Shown here: in pieces, positions 39,396 to 48,318 of the stretch
Position numbering within the stretch: position 1 is the first letter of the stretch
Layout: the number at the start of each line of letters is the position of its first letter
NCBI GenBank assembly: GCA_963758495.1
Contig: CAVWVI010000003.1
Coordinates: forward strand, 256,001-320,000
Reading direction: 5' to 3'
Source: Oligoflexia bacterium
Lineage (GTDB): Bacteria > Bdellovibrionota > UBA1018
Length of the DNA stretch: 64,000 nucleotides
The notes under the pieces: model-generated
Databases searched by the model: none
What the model saw: only the letters and a program-made list of their open reading frames with translations
What the model was told of the DNA's origin: nothing
Program-made: the position numbers and the translations under genes

Positions 39396-40925
39396 TCACT
39401 TGCTTGAGTCATATGCGTCCCCATCGTCTAGAGGCCTAGGACATCGCCCTTTCACGGCGGTAACCGGGGTTCGAATCCCCGTGGGGACGCCAAAAAAATT
39501 GCTTAAAGAAACGCTCAAGGTATTAATATCTTGAGCTTTTTTTTCGCCTTGTGGGTCAATTGAATTAATTAATACATCTCTCTTCAAGGGCCTGCGGGGC
39601 ATATGCGGGACAAGAGCCCCTTTTTCCAAAGTTATTGTCGCAGGAGCTGCAATCTTGTTGTTTGGTTCTGATCGTTGTTGCGAACTTCGATAGGAGGCAG
39701 CAGACCTATTTAGAGATAGGATTGCCTGAAGAGCTGCGGCCTTAACCTGCTCTTCTGAAGACTCCCCCAATTTTGATATGACTTCTTGAACAAGCTTTGC
39801 CATTTTTTGAACGTCCGTACTTTCATCTTTCTCCGAACTTTTAAGATTGTCAAAAGCAAAGTCATCGCAAAGCCTCAAATCACCGTCTAAAAGATGTGTA
39901 TAGACCCGCGACGTAATACTAATGTCAGAATGACCTAAGATCACCGATATCTTCTTAATTCCCCAACCTTGGCGGATTTTATTACTAGCGAAGCTATGTC
40001 TTAATGTGTGCAAGTCGATACGCTGTTCCAGCCCAGCTTCCTTTGCAGCCACCTTAAGAGGCTTGAGCAGATAACGATCATTGTAGCGTTTGCCATTCTT
40101 TTTCGTGAAAATGAATGTCGCTTTGCGGGTTAGTTCGTGAAGAGCTTCCCAAGCACCCTCATCGAGAGGCACTCTTCGCTCCCTTCCGTTTTTACTAGTA
40201 GCAATGTAGATAAAATCGCCGTTACCATCGATGTCGCTCCAACGGAGGTTGAGAGCCTCACCCCTTCTCAAGCCTGTATGTGCAAGAAACTTCACGAAAG
40301 GATAGAGAAGAGCGCAATTGGACTTCTTTGAGGCTGCAAAGAGCCTTTCCAATTCTTCAGGTATTAAAAAATTGATTTTGCGCGTTGGAGCCTGCCGGGG
40401 AAAATACTTTTTGAAGTCTCTCATCCGTCGAATTGGATTTTCTCCATTGGACTCGACCTCAGCATAACAATCACCCAGGGACGCCATCAGTGCATGATAC
40501 TTTTGCAGCGTTGCGTGAGAAATCTCTCGATCCTTCAATTCTAAGTAAAATTTAAATAAAGTTTCTCTTTTCAAATCCTTGAATTTTAGTTTTCCTAATT
40601 TAGGAACGACGTCCTTCCTTAGACGTCGCCGTGTTTCATTTTGCCAATGAGGTTTGGCAGTCAAGAACTTCACACTTTTTAAGAAGAGATGCGAAATCTC
40701 CTCTACGTTCCGATTGAGAGTTTTCTCAGGAGTCTTAGGCTGGGGATCTAGTCCCAAAGCCAAATCACGACGAACCTCTGCTTCAAGCAGTTTAGCTTCA
40801 TTCTCAGTTCTCCCTGCTGCACGCTTGATCCACTGCCCCGTCTTTGGGTCCTTCCAGCGTACGATCCAGGTGACGTTTCCACTCCGGTGCTTCTTAGCAA
40901 AGATATTGGTGAAAAGTTGATTCAT
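39396..40925 (-). CDS. int: Tyrosine integrase with long C-terminal extension overlapping tRNA-Glu antisense
   Basis: TGLRRGE, SKNG, HTLRH, LGHS, VYTH; N-terminal arm-binding-like WIVRWKD; ATG 40925 with AGGGG RBS. Confidence 0.93.
   Translation of the reverse strand: MNQLFTNIFAKKHRSGNVTWIVRWKDPKTGQWIKRAAGRTENEAKLLEAEVRRDLALGLDPQPKTPEKTLNRNVEEISHLFLKSVKFLTAKPHWQNETRRRLRKDVVPKLGKLKFKDLKRETLFKFYLELKDREISHATLQKYHALMASLGDCYAEVESNGENPIRRMRDFKKYFPRQAPTRKINFLIPEELERLFAASKKSNCALLYPFVKFLAHTGLRRGEALNLRWSDIDGNGDFIYIATSKNGRERRVPLDEGAWEALHELTRKATFIFTKKNGKRYNDRYLLKPLKVAAKEAGLEQRIDLHTLRHSFASNKIRQGWGIKKISVILGHSDISITSRVYTHLLDGDLRLCDDFAFDNLKSSEKDESTDVQKMAKLVQEVISKLGESSEEQVKAAALQAILSLNRSAASYRSSQQRSEPNNKIAAPATITLEKGALVPHMPRRPLKRDVLINSIDPQGEKKAQDINTLSVSLSNFFGVPTGIRTPVTAVKGRCPRPLDDGDAYDSSK
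39417..39492 (+). tRNA. tRNA-Glu (anticodon UUC); ICE integration site
   Basis: GTCCCCA/TGGGGAC acceptor stem, loop CT-TTC-AC, TTCGAAT, CCA. Confidence 0.97.
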
Positions 40926-40936
40926 TGCAATTACCC

Positions 40937-41176
40937 CTAAGCCGACGCCCACCCATTACTTTGTTCTTGAGCTAACCAACGAACAAACTCTTTCTTTGGA
41001 AATCGAACCTCACGACCCACTGCAATTCTTGGAGGTCGCCGTTTGGGTTCTGATCTCTTAGCCCAATTATAAACAGTCCGACGATCACACTCCAAGAAAT
41101 TACAGATCTCATCCAACGTAAGAAGGCCTTTTTCAGGATACAATCGATTCACTTCTTCTAGCAATGTTTCAAACAT
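40937..41176 (-). CDS. xis: Excisionase-like HTH protein
   Basis: LLTLDEICNFLECDRRTVYNW...VGREVRF; directly upstream of int. Confidence 0.85.
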   Translation of the reverse strand: MFETLLEEVNRLYPEKGLLTLDEICNFLECDRRTVYNWAKRSEPKRRPPRIAVGREVRFPKKEFVRWLAQEQSNGWASA

Positions 41177-41188
41177 ACTCAGCCCCCA

Positions 41189-42700
41189 TTATTCCATCAC
41201 GATTGTTTCAGATTTCATAAAATCGACGAATGTTCTTGCAGGTGTTTTCTCGGCAACACCTGGAAACGCAAATCGTGCTCGATACCACGTAGAGTCGGCA
41301 GATAGTTTCAGGACTACTGGTCCACTTGAGGTTCCGACAGTGACTGGTGTTGTGGACTTCGTCACCGACCAGAATTCTTTGTTTGGGTAATGCCAACCAT
41401 TTCCCGGTTCAGGACTGTGACAAAACCGTCGATCATCCCAAGGTGAAGTTCCATTGGATAGCTCCCATTCTGCACACTGATTCATTGCGTTTTCGTCGGG
41501 ATGAGGCTGCTCAGGAAGAATCCTGTAAACTCGAATACTGTTGCAGGCTCGAGATGCTCCTGGCCAGCCTTTCTGCTGCCAGTAGTTTGTAGCCTTACCT
41601 ATGCCGTCCCAATCGTACATGTCGGTTCTAGGATTGCCACAACGACTTCGACAGCCACTAACGGCATCCACAGTGCTAAAACGTTGAACCGCATGCCCCT
41701 CTTTCAACAGCGCCACGGCTTTGGGTCCGTATGCGTAGATGCCAATCATTTTTTGTTCTCCCGGCTCCAAAGTCACTCCCCAATTCCCGACAGCAAAAGC
41801 TTCATTGATTGAGTTTGAAAAGGTCCTCGGCGTGTCATCTGAAAGTGGAATTGCAACCAGTTCAGATGCAAACTCCTCCTCCCAGTCTTGTCGAGCAATT
41901 GAGTGCCCACAAAAGCTCTGAGTCAAATTAAGACGAGTCATTGAACTACTGAGGCGACCATTCATTCTCACTGGAATTTCTACCACCAGAGGCCATTGTG
42001 AATCGTTTCGAATTGGGACGAATTGCACCAAAGCAAGCTGAACACCTACAGAATTTAGGAACTTCAGCTTTTGGGCAGCAGGGCTAAACTTTTCATCAAA
42101 AGCAGATACAGCCTTTTGGTCTTTACTGACTTTTGAAGGTGGAGTCATGATATTCAAGCTCACTGTTTCTAAGGGTGTTTTGTCAGTTTCACCGAAAAAA
42201 TGAATTTGAACCAATGCAAGACTCTCGCCTGTAGTAGAAAGCAATTTCGAAAACCCAAATGCAGAAAACTGGATTGAGCCTCCATCGAGACTGTCGTTAC
42301 TTTCTTTTACTTCGAGGTTGTAGGGAATCCCGCTCTCAGGTCCTACCCACCCTTGAACCGTTACACGTTTGACGAGGTCTCGCTGAGTGGAAGGCCTGAT
42401 TTCAAAATGAACTTCATCAGGAGCAGAATGAGGAACAATAATGGGCCGATCCAATGCCAGACTAGATAATGTCCCAGCTGGCTCTACCGAAACCGGCTCG
42501 CTCATCGAATTGTCTTCGAGCTTCCATGACATTTTGAGACTGCTACGCTTCATCACTGCTGCTTTTGGTGGATTATTTGGGCCGGTCTGTTCGCTTAGGT
42601 CCGGAGTTGGAGCAGGCTGACCTCCTCCTTCCGGTGATCGAAAAGCGCATCCTGCGATGCTTAATGCTAAAACCATTGTTGTTACTGACTGATATTTCAT
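41189..42700 (-). CDS. Cys-rich lipoprotein of the ICE
   Basis: Lipobox IAGC; several Cys in the C-terminal part; lies within the tra operon. Confidence 0.75.
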   Translation of the reverse strand: MKYQSVTTMVLALSIAGCAFRSPEGGGQPAPTPDLSEQTGPNNPPKAAVMKRSSLKMSWKLEDNSMSEPVSVEPAGTLSSLALDRPIIVPHSAPDEVHFEIRPSTQRDLVKRVTVQGWVGPESGIPYNLEVKESNDSLDGGSIQFSAFGFSKLLSTTGESLALVQIHFFGETDKTPLETVSLNIMTPPSKVSKDQKAVSAFDEKFSPAAQKLKFLNSVGVQLALVQFVPIRNDSQWPLVVEIPVRMNGRLSSSMTRLNLTQSFCGHSIARQDWEEEFASELVAIPLSDDTPRTFSNSINEAFAVGNWGVTLEPGEQKMIGIYAYGPKAVALLKEGHAVQRFSTVDAVSGCRSRCGNPRTDMYDWDGIGKATNYWQQKGWPGASRACNSIRVYRILPEQPHPDENAMNQCAEWELSNGTSPWDDRRFCHSPEPGNGWHYPNKEFWSVTKSTTPVTVGTSSGPVVLKLSADSTWYRARFAFPGVAEKTPARTFVDFMKSETIVME

Positions 42701-42722
42701 ATTTCCCCCTGGATTACTTCTT

Positions 42723-44264
42723 TCAGGACCCAGAAATAGAGGTCCATTTGTCGCTGCTGTCGTTTACATTCAGATGTGATTTTTTTGGCTCTCCCTGAGC
42801 TTTGCCTGATTGCTCCCCTAAAAATGCCGGTGCAATTTCAGTTGGATTCAGAGGTTTCTCTTCTTTCCTGCCAATTCCCCTTTGCTCGGTCTTATGAGCA
42901 ACAGGCATCGAGTTCTTTTGGATTGGACGAGCTGTTTTGAAAGGAATTCGGAGTACACGTGTTTGTCCTTCAGTCTTCATACTGAAAACGCATTCGCCTA
43001 CCCTCAGAGACTTGATTCGATCGGGTGGAATAATAAATTCCTGCACCTCTCGATTCGATGAATCTCCCGTTCTAAACCCGTCGTGAGTACTGTAGGTTTG
43101 CTTCACGGTTTTTCGAGTGCCAATAAAGCGGGACCACCGTTCAGCATCATCGGGGTCATCCTGGCGAAAGATAAATCGTACATTGCAATTGCCTAAAATT
43201 TGGCCCGTAAATTCGGGACTCACCGTATTCAAATCAGAAAGAGTTTGGTGCGCCAGGTGAATCATGAATTCACTGGAACGCCCTTTATTTAGAAACGTTG
43301 AAAAACTTTCAGTAGCAAAAGCATCAAACTCATCAATATAAACGCTAAATGGACGATCACTCTTAAGAGAAGCATTCCGTTTTCTCATTCCTGAAATCAA
43401 AATGATCTCTTGAGTGAGAAGTCGACCGATACGACTACTCTGGACCTTCTTGCCCTCAGTAGGAAGGTCAACGAAGAGAATTTTATTTTGAGTGACGACA
43501 TCCAGTAGAGAGATCTCTCTGCTCGGGTCAATTTCATTCTTCTTCCCGCAAGCCAGAACCTTTTCCCATTCACCGTAAACCAGGTTATTTAGGTCAAAGA
43601 ATAGGCCTTTCAGTGTCTCATTCTTGTCATCTTCACTGATAGACTCGAGTTCTCGCAAAAGGTCACGAATGGTAAATCCATTTTGATTGGATGTAGTGAG
43701 GTGGCGAAATGCCTGAAGGAGTCCAAACTCACATGCTTTTGCATAGTGAGGTTCGCTATAGACAGCAGAGTTGAAAAACTTGGTTTGAAGTTCAGAGGCA
43801 TTCCCTAATCCACAGGGGTTCCAAATTGAACTCTCTTCAGGAAAGGTAGCCGAAAGAAGAAAGAGGTCCTGCTCCCTTCCAATGGATTGACAATAGGCCC
43901 GTACAGACTCGTAAAAACCACGTTCTCCCTTTGGATCAATGACGACGGCACCATATCCCCGTTCAAGATCTGCAAAGAGGAGCTTTTCGACAAGAACCGT
44001 TTTTCCAGTACCGGTTGCACCAACAATGTGAGTATGACGAAGACGTGCCGTGTCTCCAATCCATTCTGAGCCAATTCGAATTCCATATTTTGGTTTTCTT
44101 CTCAGGCGAAAACAGAACTTATCCCAGAACCAATTGATCACTTGTGGCTGGAGCAATGTTAAGAAGGTAACAGTAACTCCAACACTCCCCAATAGGAGCA
44201 GTTGCTCATGAGTGAATTGCTGAAAGAAACCTGACGAATGATGGAGCACCATTGTCTTTTTCAT
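42723..44264 (-). CDS. virD4: Type IV coupling protein (VirD4/TraD-like)
   Basis: N-terminal TM, HTHIVGATGTGKT, IDPKG, YIDEF, GRSS..HQTLSDL, ILGNCN. Confidence 0.88.
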   Translation of the reverse strand: MKKTMVLHHSSGFFQQFTHEQLLLLGSVGVTVTFLTLLQPQVINWFWDKFCFRLRRKPKYGIRIGSEWIGDTARLRHTHIVGATGTGKTVLVEKLLFADLERGYGAVVIDPKGERGFYESVRAYCQSIGREQDLFLLSATFPEESSIWNPCGLGNASELQTKFFNSAVYSEPHYAKACEFGLLQAFRHLTTSNQNGFTIRDLLRELESISEDDKNETLKGLFFDLNNLVYGEWEKVLACGKKNEIDPSREISLLDVVTQNKILFVDLPTEGKKVQSSRIGRLLTQEIILISGMRKRNASLKSDRPFSVYIDEFDAFATESFSTFLNKGRSSEFMIHLAHQTLSDLNTVSPEFTGQILGNCNVRFIFRQDDPDDAERWSRFIGTRKTVKQTYSTHDGFRTGDSSNREVQEFIIPPDRIKSLRVGECVFSMKTEGQTRVLRIPFKTARPIQKNSMPVAHKTEQRGIGRKEEKPLNPTEIAPAFLGEQSGKAQGEPKKSHLNVNDSSDKWTSISGS

Positions 44265-44950
44265 TGATAGTCTCGGCGATCAAAGAGTCGAACTTCCCCT
44301 CGTTGAGTCCAAACTGGAGGGATTGACGATTTTAGACAGTTCCAATGAACAACACCCATAGGCTGTTCCTTTGGACCAGAAGGAAGATACTTCTTTATCG
44401 ATTCGAAAAGTGTGTCTTGCGTTGCAACGTAAAGGACAAAAATAATTCCTGGAATGTCCTTCCATCGATTCATAAGATGAATAAAACGCGATCGACCTTT
44501 GTCCGAGTTTTCTACTTCAATCGCAATGCCTTTTCCTGATTTGAAGAAAAACAATCCATCTGGAATCTGACGATACTCTTTACCCTTAATTGCACGCTCG
44601 CAAACGAAATGAGCATCCCAGCATTCCTCTAACCGTTGACGCACTGACGTCACAATTGAGTCATGAACTAAGGTTGCGAGTTGGAGATTTCTGACCGGTG
44701 TATGGGGAGTCGCTCCACTTTCAAGGGCAACTCCTGCTCCCGTTCGTGTGGTTCGATAAATGGGTTTTCGACCTAAAGTTGATGTAAGTTCTTCAAATAG
44801 AAAGTTCCCTTTAACCAACTCTTGCACCCTCATTCTACAAGCTCTGTAAGATGCATTTGGAAAAAACTTCTCAACATGCTCCGTCAAAAGAAATTGTTGT
44901 TCGTAACAGAGCTTCAGAATTCTCCTATCTCTGTCCTGAAGAATGATCAT
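44261..44950 (-). CDS. Replication-relaxation-type protein (wHTH + PD-(D/E)XK), probable relaxase
   Basis: LQDRDRRIL N-terminal HTH; HD; IPDG...AIEVENSDK; translationally coupled to the coupling protein. Confidence 0.75.
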   Translation of the reverse strand: MIILQDRDRRILKLCYEQQFLLTEHVEKFFPNASYRACRMRVQELVKGNFLFEELTSTLGRKPIYRTTRTGAGVALESGATPHTPVRNLQLATLVHDSIVTSVRQRLEECWDAHFVCERAIKGKEYRQIPDGLFFFKSGKGIAIEVENSDKGRSRFIHLMNRWKDIPGIIFVLYVATQDTLFESIKKYLPSGPKEQPMGVVHWNCLKSSIPPVWTQRGEVRLFDRRDYQ

Positions 44951-45015
44951 GCTGGTCCCCTCTTTGTTTTTAGGTTTTTGTTTTTCTTTGTTTCCAGTCC
45001 CCTGTCTCCTCCCCC

Positions 45016-45187
45016 CATGAACTCCCGGCCCGCACTTTGGATCTTGGATCTAGACTTTGGATATCGCTTTGATTTGCCGACCCCGCTCACTCGTCGTTGA
45101 GTGGGTGGGGTCGGCAAATGCGCCAGCAAGAAGCGATTATCTAAAGACCTGGATCTAAAGAGGAAAGGTGCGGGCCGGGAGTTCATG
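45016..45187 (+). other. 172-nt rod-like hairpin (candidate oriT, single-strand origin or antisense RNA)
   Basis: Perfect 20-bp outer stem catgaactcccggcccgcac/gtgcgggccgggagttcatg plus nested stems with G-T pairs only on the + strand. Confidence 0.8.
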
Positions 45188-45199
45188 CTGAAGTTCATC

Positions 45200-45715
45200 T
45201 CAATTCTTCGCATCATGAACCCCTGACTGAATTGGCTTTGCGAAGAGTTCGCCGGAACGTTTTACTCTGTATGCCTTGTGCGGTTCGTGAAGAGTGCCGT
45301 CTTCTGAGACAGAATCCTCTTCAATGAATTCCTCAATGACGAGGGGTTGAATTCGTTCCCTTACAAACTTCGGAAGTTGCTGGTTAGGCGTAACTTGGAA
45401 CTCACGCAGAGATCTATCGAGACTCTCTTGAGCTTTAAGATCGCCCTGGGATTTTGGAACCTCTGGTTTGGAGTCGGTAAGAAGTGCAGCAACACCTCCT
45501 AGTAGTGCACCGCTTAAACCGAACACCAAAGTATTCAACATCCTGCTTTCTTGGTTGGGAGAGAATACTGCCCCTCCTGCTGCACCCAACCCCGCTCCAA
45601 GTCCAGTCCCCAAGAGAAATCGTTTTCTTCCGGTGAGACTGGCACATCCTGAAGTCGATAGAACTGCCAAGAGACTCCACACGATATAGATGACGGTTTT
45701 GCGTCGGAATTTCAT
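45200..45715 (-). CDS. T4SS lipoprotein, TraV-like, with Gly zipper
   Basis: Lipobox TSGC; C-terminal EDGTLHEPHKAY resembles the TraV D-G-x-LH-x-P motif. Confidence 0.6.
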   Translation of the reverse strand: MKFRRKTVIYIVWSLLAVLSTSGCASLTGRKRFLLGTGLGAGLGAAGGAVFSPNQESRMLNTLVFGLSGALLGGVAALLTDSKPEVPKSQGDLKAQESLDRSLREFQVTPNQQLPKFVRERIQPLVIEEFIEEDSVSEDGTLHEPHKAYRVKRSGELFAKPIQSGVHDAKN

Positions 45716-46488
45716 CAGAAGCGAACCTCCTCTTGGACGAGCACAGTGAGAGCGGTCTGACTTTCAACAACAAGGATTGGCTTTTCAGCAGTTGCTTCCT
45801 CGATAAGTCTTTTGCCCTGATCTGCAGCCGTTTGTGCGACCCCCTGCAACAGAGCATTCCTTCCTGTAGGCTGCGGAGTGGAAAATCCAAGTGCATTTGT
45901 ATTTTGAGTTTGTTGAGAAGCAGCAAACCCAGAAATAAAACTAGACGCCATTGCTCCAGCAACAGCTACAGCCTTACCGCTAAATACTTGAGCCTCAAGT
46001 CCATAGGCTCCACTAGTGTCTAGGCCAGTGCTTTGAATACCTACTGCCTTGCCGGTCCTTAGAAGGAGTTTATTAAACTCTAAAGTGAGGCGTCCTTCGG
46101 TTCCAGCCTGACGCGCTAATCCCATGAGCTTAAGATCTGAAAGTGCTCCCTGGCCAGAATCCAATACGATCAAAATGGGAGAACCATCGGGACCCACGAC
46201 AAGACGAGTGAGAGTCTTTCCATAGAGAAGCTTTCCAGTAGGAATTTTCACTGTGCTAAAATCCGAGTGCACTTGGAATAAGGGTTTTTGGTTGGCCTCG
46301 CTGTTTTGAGTAGGTGAAAGGGAGGCCGGATTGCTGTCAGCAAATCCCACGTTAAGGCCAAACTTTCGCATCAGAACATCGGTTTCCTTTTGTTGATTTC
46401 GAAGACCGATAGTTCGTCGCTGGTACTCGGCATCAGTCATTGCCAGAGCAGGGATACTGAAAAAAAGAACAATCGCTGTCTTTCTCAT
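45715..46488 (-). CDS. VirB10/TrbI-like protein (short)
   Basis: KIPTGKLLYG, RLTLEFNKL, GLDTSGAYGL, KPILVV pattern of the TrbI C-terminal domain. Confidence 0.7.
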   Translation of the reverse strand: MRKTAIVLFFSIPALAMTDAEYQRRTIGLRNQQKETDVLMRKFGLNVGFADSNPASLSPTQNSEANQKPLFQVHSDFSTVKIPTGKLLYGKTLTRLVVGPDGSPILIVLDSGQGALSDLKLMGLARQAGTEGRLTLEFNKLLLRTGKAVGIQSTGLDTSGAYGLEAQVFSGKAVAVAGAMASSFISGFAASQQTQNTNALGFSTPQPTGRNALLQGVAQTAADQGKRLIEEATAEKPILVVESQTALTVLVQEEVRF

Positions 46489-46823
46489 TCCAAATCTCCT
46501 TTTGCTCGGTATTCCAAGTCCGATGCTCTTGGTGATTCTGAAGAGGGAGCAATTGCAATCACTCGTCGAACCGTTCCGGTGCTTGTCTCCAAAATCAGGT
46601 TAGTCCTTGCAGATCCGGAAAGAGGTTTTAGTAAGACTCCGCATCCCAGCTCCTTGGGGAGAGACTCAAGGCGAACTAAAGCGTCATTTCCAATAGCAGA
46701 GACAAATAACCGGCCTTCGCAGCGAACCTTCGTGATGAAGCCGGGATAAAGCTTGAGAACCTCTTCTGCGCTGACAGAACTCGATATAAAAAGCGTGATT
46801 AGGCCCAAAACAAATCGTTTCAT
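46485..46823 (-). CDS. Small exported T4SS protein (VirB9/TraK N-domain-like)
   Basis: Signal peptide; LKP...TNLILET motif; position between the VirB6- and VirB10-like genes. Confidence 0.5.
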   Translation of the reverse strand: MKRFVLGLITLFISSSVSAEEVLKLYPGFITKVRCEGRLFVSAIGNDALVRLESLPKELGCGVLLKPLSGSARTNLILETSTGTVRRVIAIAPSSESPRASDLEYRAKGDLE

Positions 46824-47611
46824 TCTGCTTGTACCGGACCTTTCTTGAAATTTAGGATTCGTCTGACACTTCGAAATAGACTCGCCTGAGAATCGAGGTC
46901 CCCTGAAAACGCTCCAGAGAGAAACTTATGAGTCATGGCTGGAATCATTAGAATGAGAATAATGGCAAGAAGTTCTACTGCAACGACGTACAGTCCCCAG
47001 CTTCCGGCCTTCAACATTTCTTTTCTGGCCACGAGAGCGGTCGTAACCTCCACTGCTGACAGCATTGGAAACCAAAGAGCTAATTCGATGGCATAAAGTG
47101 ACATGTGGTTAAACATTTGAGGAGCAACAGGATACACACCGCAGGCAATGGGAAATAAGAAGAGCAGTAATGTCCAAAATACATCTCTCGCGCTCTCCAG
47201 CAAGAAGGATGCGATTAGGAATACCCAGTCTACGACTGCGCACATCACCCCCCAAACGCCGGTTCTCCAGGCCTGTTCTAATACGGCAGGCAAATTGAAC
47301 GACGTGGAGGTTCCTGACGGTCCTGGTTCCCCAGAAGCCTTTTGAAACGCATTGAGAATGATTGCTCGCAGATCCTCCTGATGCCCAAGCCTAGAAATGA
47401 CAGTCGATAGTCCTTCTGAGAGAATCAATAGCTGAGAAGCCGCTGACTTGAAAAAAATCAGAGCAATACAACCGATTGCCATCCGCTCAAAAGAAAGATG
47501 CAAGTCAAACGAGCCTCGCATTGATCTGACTAAACAAAACCCAAACGACGCACCTAAAAGTAATCTGCCAGAAGGAATCAATATATCTGGCGTAACAGAT
47601 TCAGTGATCAT
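46820..47611 (-). CDS. VirB6-like polytopic membrane protein
   Basis: About 5 TM helices, LFPIA, ELALWFP; operon position. Confidence 0.6.
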   Translation of the reverse strand: MITESVTPDILIPSGRLLLGASFGFCLVRSMRGSFDLHLSFERMAIGCIALIFFKSAASQLLILSEGLSTVISRLGHQEDLRAIILNAFQKASGEPGPSGTSTSFNLPAVLEQAWRTGVWGVMCAVVDWVFLIASFLLESARDVFWTLLLFLFPIACGVYPVAPQMFNHMSLYAIELALWFPMLSAVEVTTALVARKEMLKAGSWGLYVVAVELLAIILILMIPAMTHKFLSGAFSGDLDSQASLFRSVRRILNFKKGPVQAE

Positions 47612-48318
47612 CGGTTGCTCCCCATTCGGCCTTTGCGAGAAGCAACCGTGAGTTGTCGCTCGTAGAGAACTCGACGCATTTTTGATTCTTGAAGGTCTTT
47701 CGAGACTTGGCTCTTTTGAAACTCCAAAGACATGGCTTGAAGTTGGACTAATTCCGACATGGTTTGGAGTTGTACGCCGGTGGCAAGCATTTGAGCCGAA
47801 GAGCTAGCTGCAGTAATTTGACTCGCTCTTCCAGGAGTTGCTGTTTTTGACTCCTCAGACAGCTTTGTGCCAGTTATCACCATTTCCTGTCCCATTTTGT
47901 AAGCAGTGTCCCCTTGTATAGCGCTACTGGTGATCGCTTGGTCAGCTAGTGACACTTTCACTGCCATCAGATCGTCAATCTGCTCTTTTGTTCGTTGGGC
48001 TCGAGAAATAAGATCGTTCAAGTCAGATAGACTTCGAATTGAAGTAGGATCGAGGCCCTGACTTCTCTCTATTATGGATTGAATATTATAGATTTGGTTA
48101 ACCGCTCGATCCACGCCCTCATTTAAGTCTTTCAATGTATTGATTTGATCCTTGGCAACCCCAATATTCTCCGTAAGTCTTTCGATCTCGGTGATTTGAC
48201 CCGACACCAGCTGAATAAGTGGGACCATTTCAGATCCAAAAAATGCATGGGCAGTTGGACAGGACAGTAAGGAACTAGAAAGGACCACAAAGGAAATCCC
48301 TAGGAAGGAGAAACGCAT
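47608..48318 (-). CDS. VirB5/TrbJ-like exported helical protein
   Basis: Signal peptide ending AHA, Gln-rich helices; follows virB4. Confidence 0.6.
   Translation of the reverse strand: MRFSFLGISFVVLSSSLLSCPTAHAFFGSEMVPLIQLVSGQITEIERLTENIGVAKDQINTLKDLNEGVDRAVNQIYNIQSIIERSQGLDPTSIRSLSDLNDLISRAQRTKEQIDDLMAVKVSLADQAITSSAIQGDTAYKMGQEMVITGTKLSEESKTATPGRASQITAASSSAQMLATGVQLQTMSELVQLQAMSLEFQKSQVSKDLQESKMRRVLYERQLTVASRKGRMGSNR

Noticed and set aside
44947..45216. 89-aa ORF bridging the TraV-like gene and the relaxase
   Set aside because: Coincides with the long hairpin and has no protein-like features; the relaxase has its own RBS. A translational-coupling role cannot be fully excluded.
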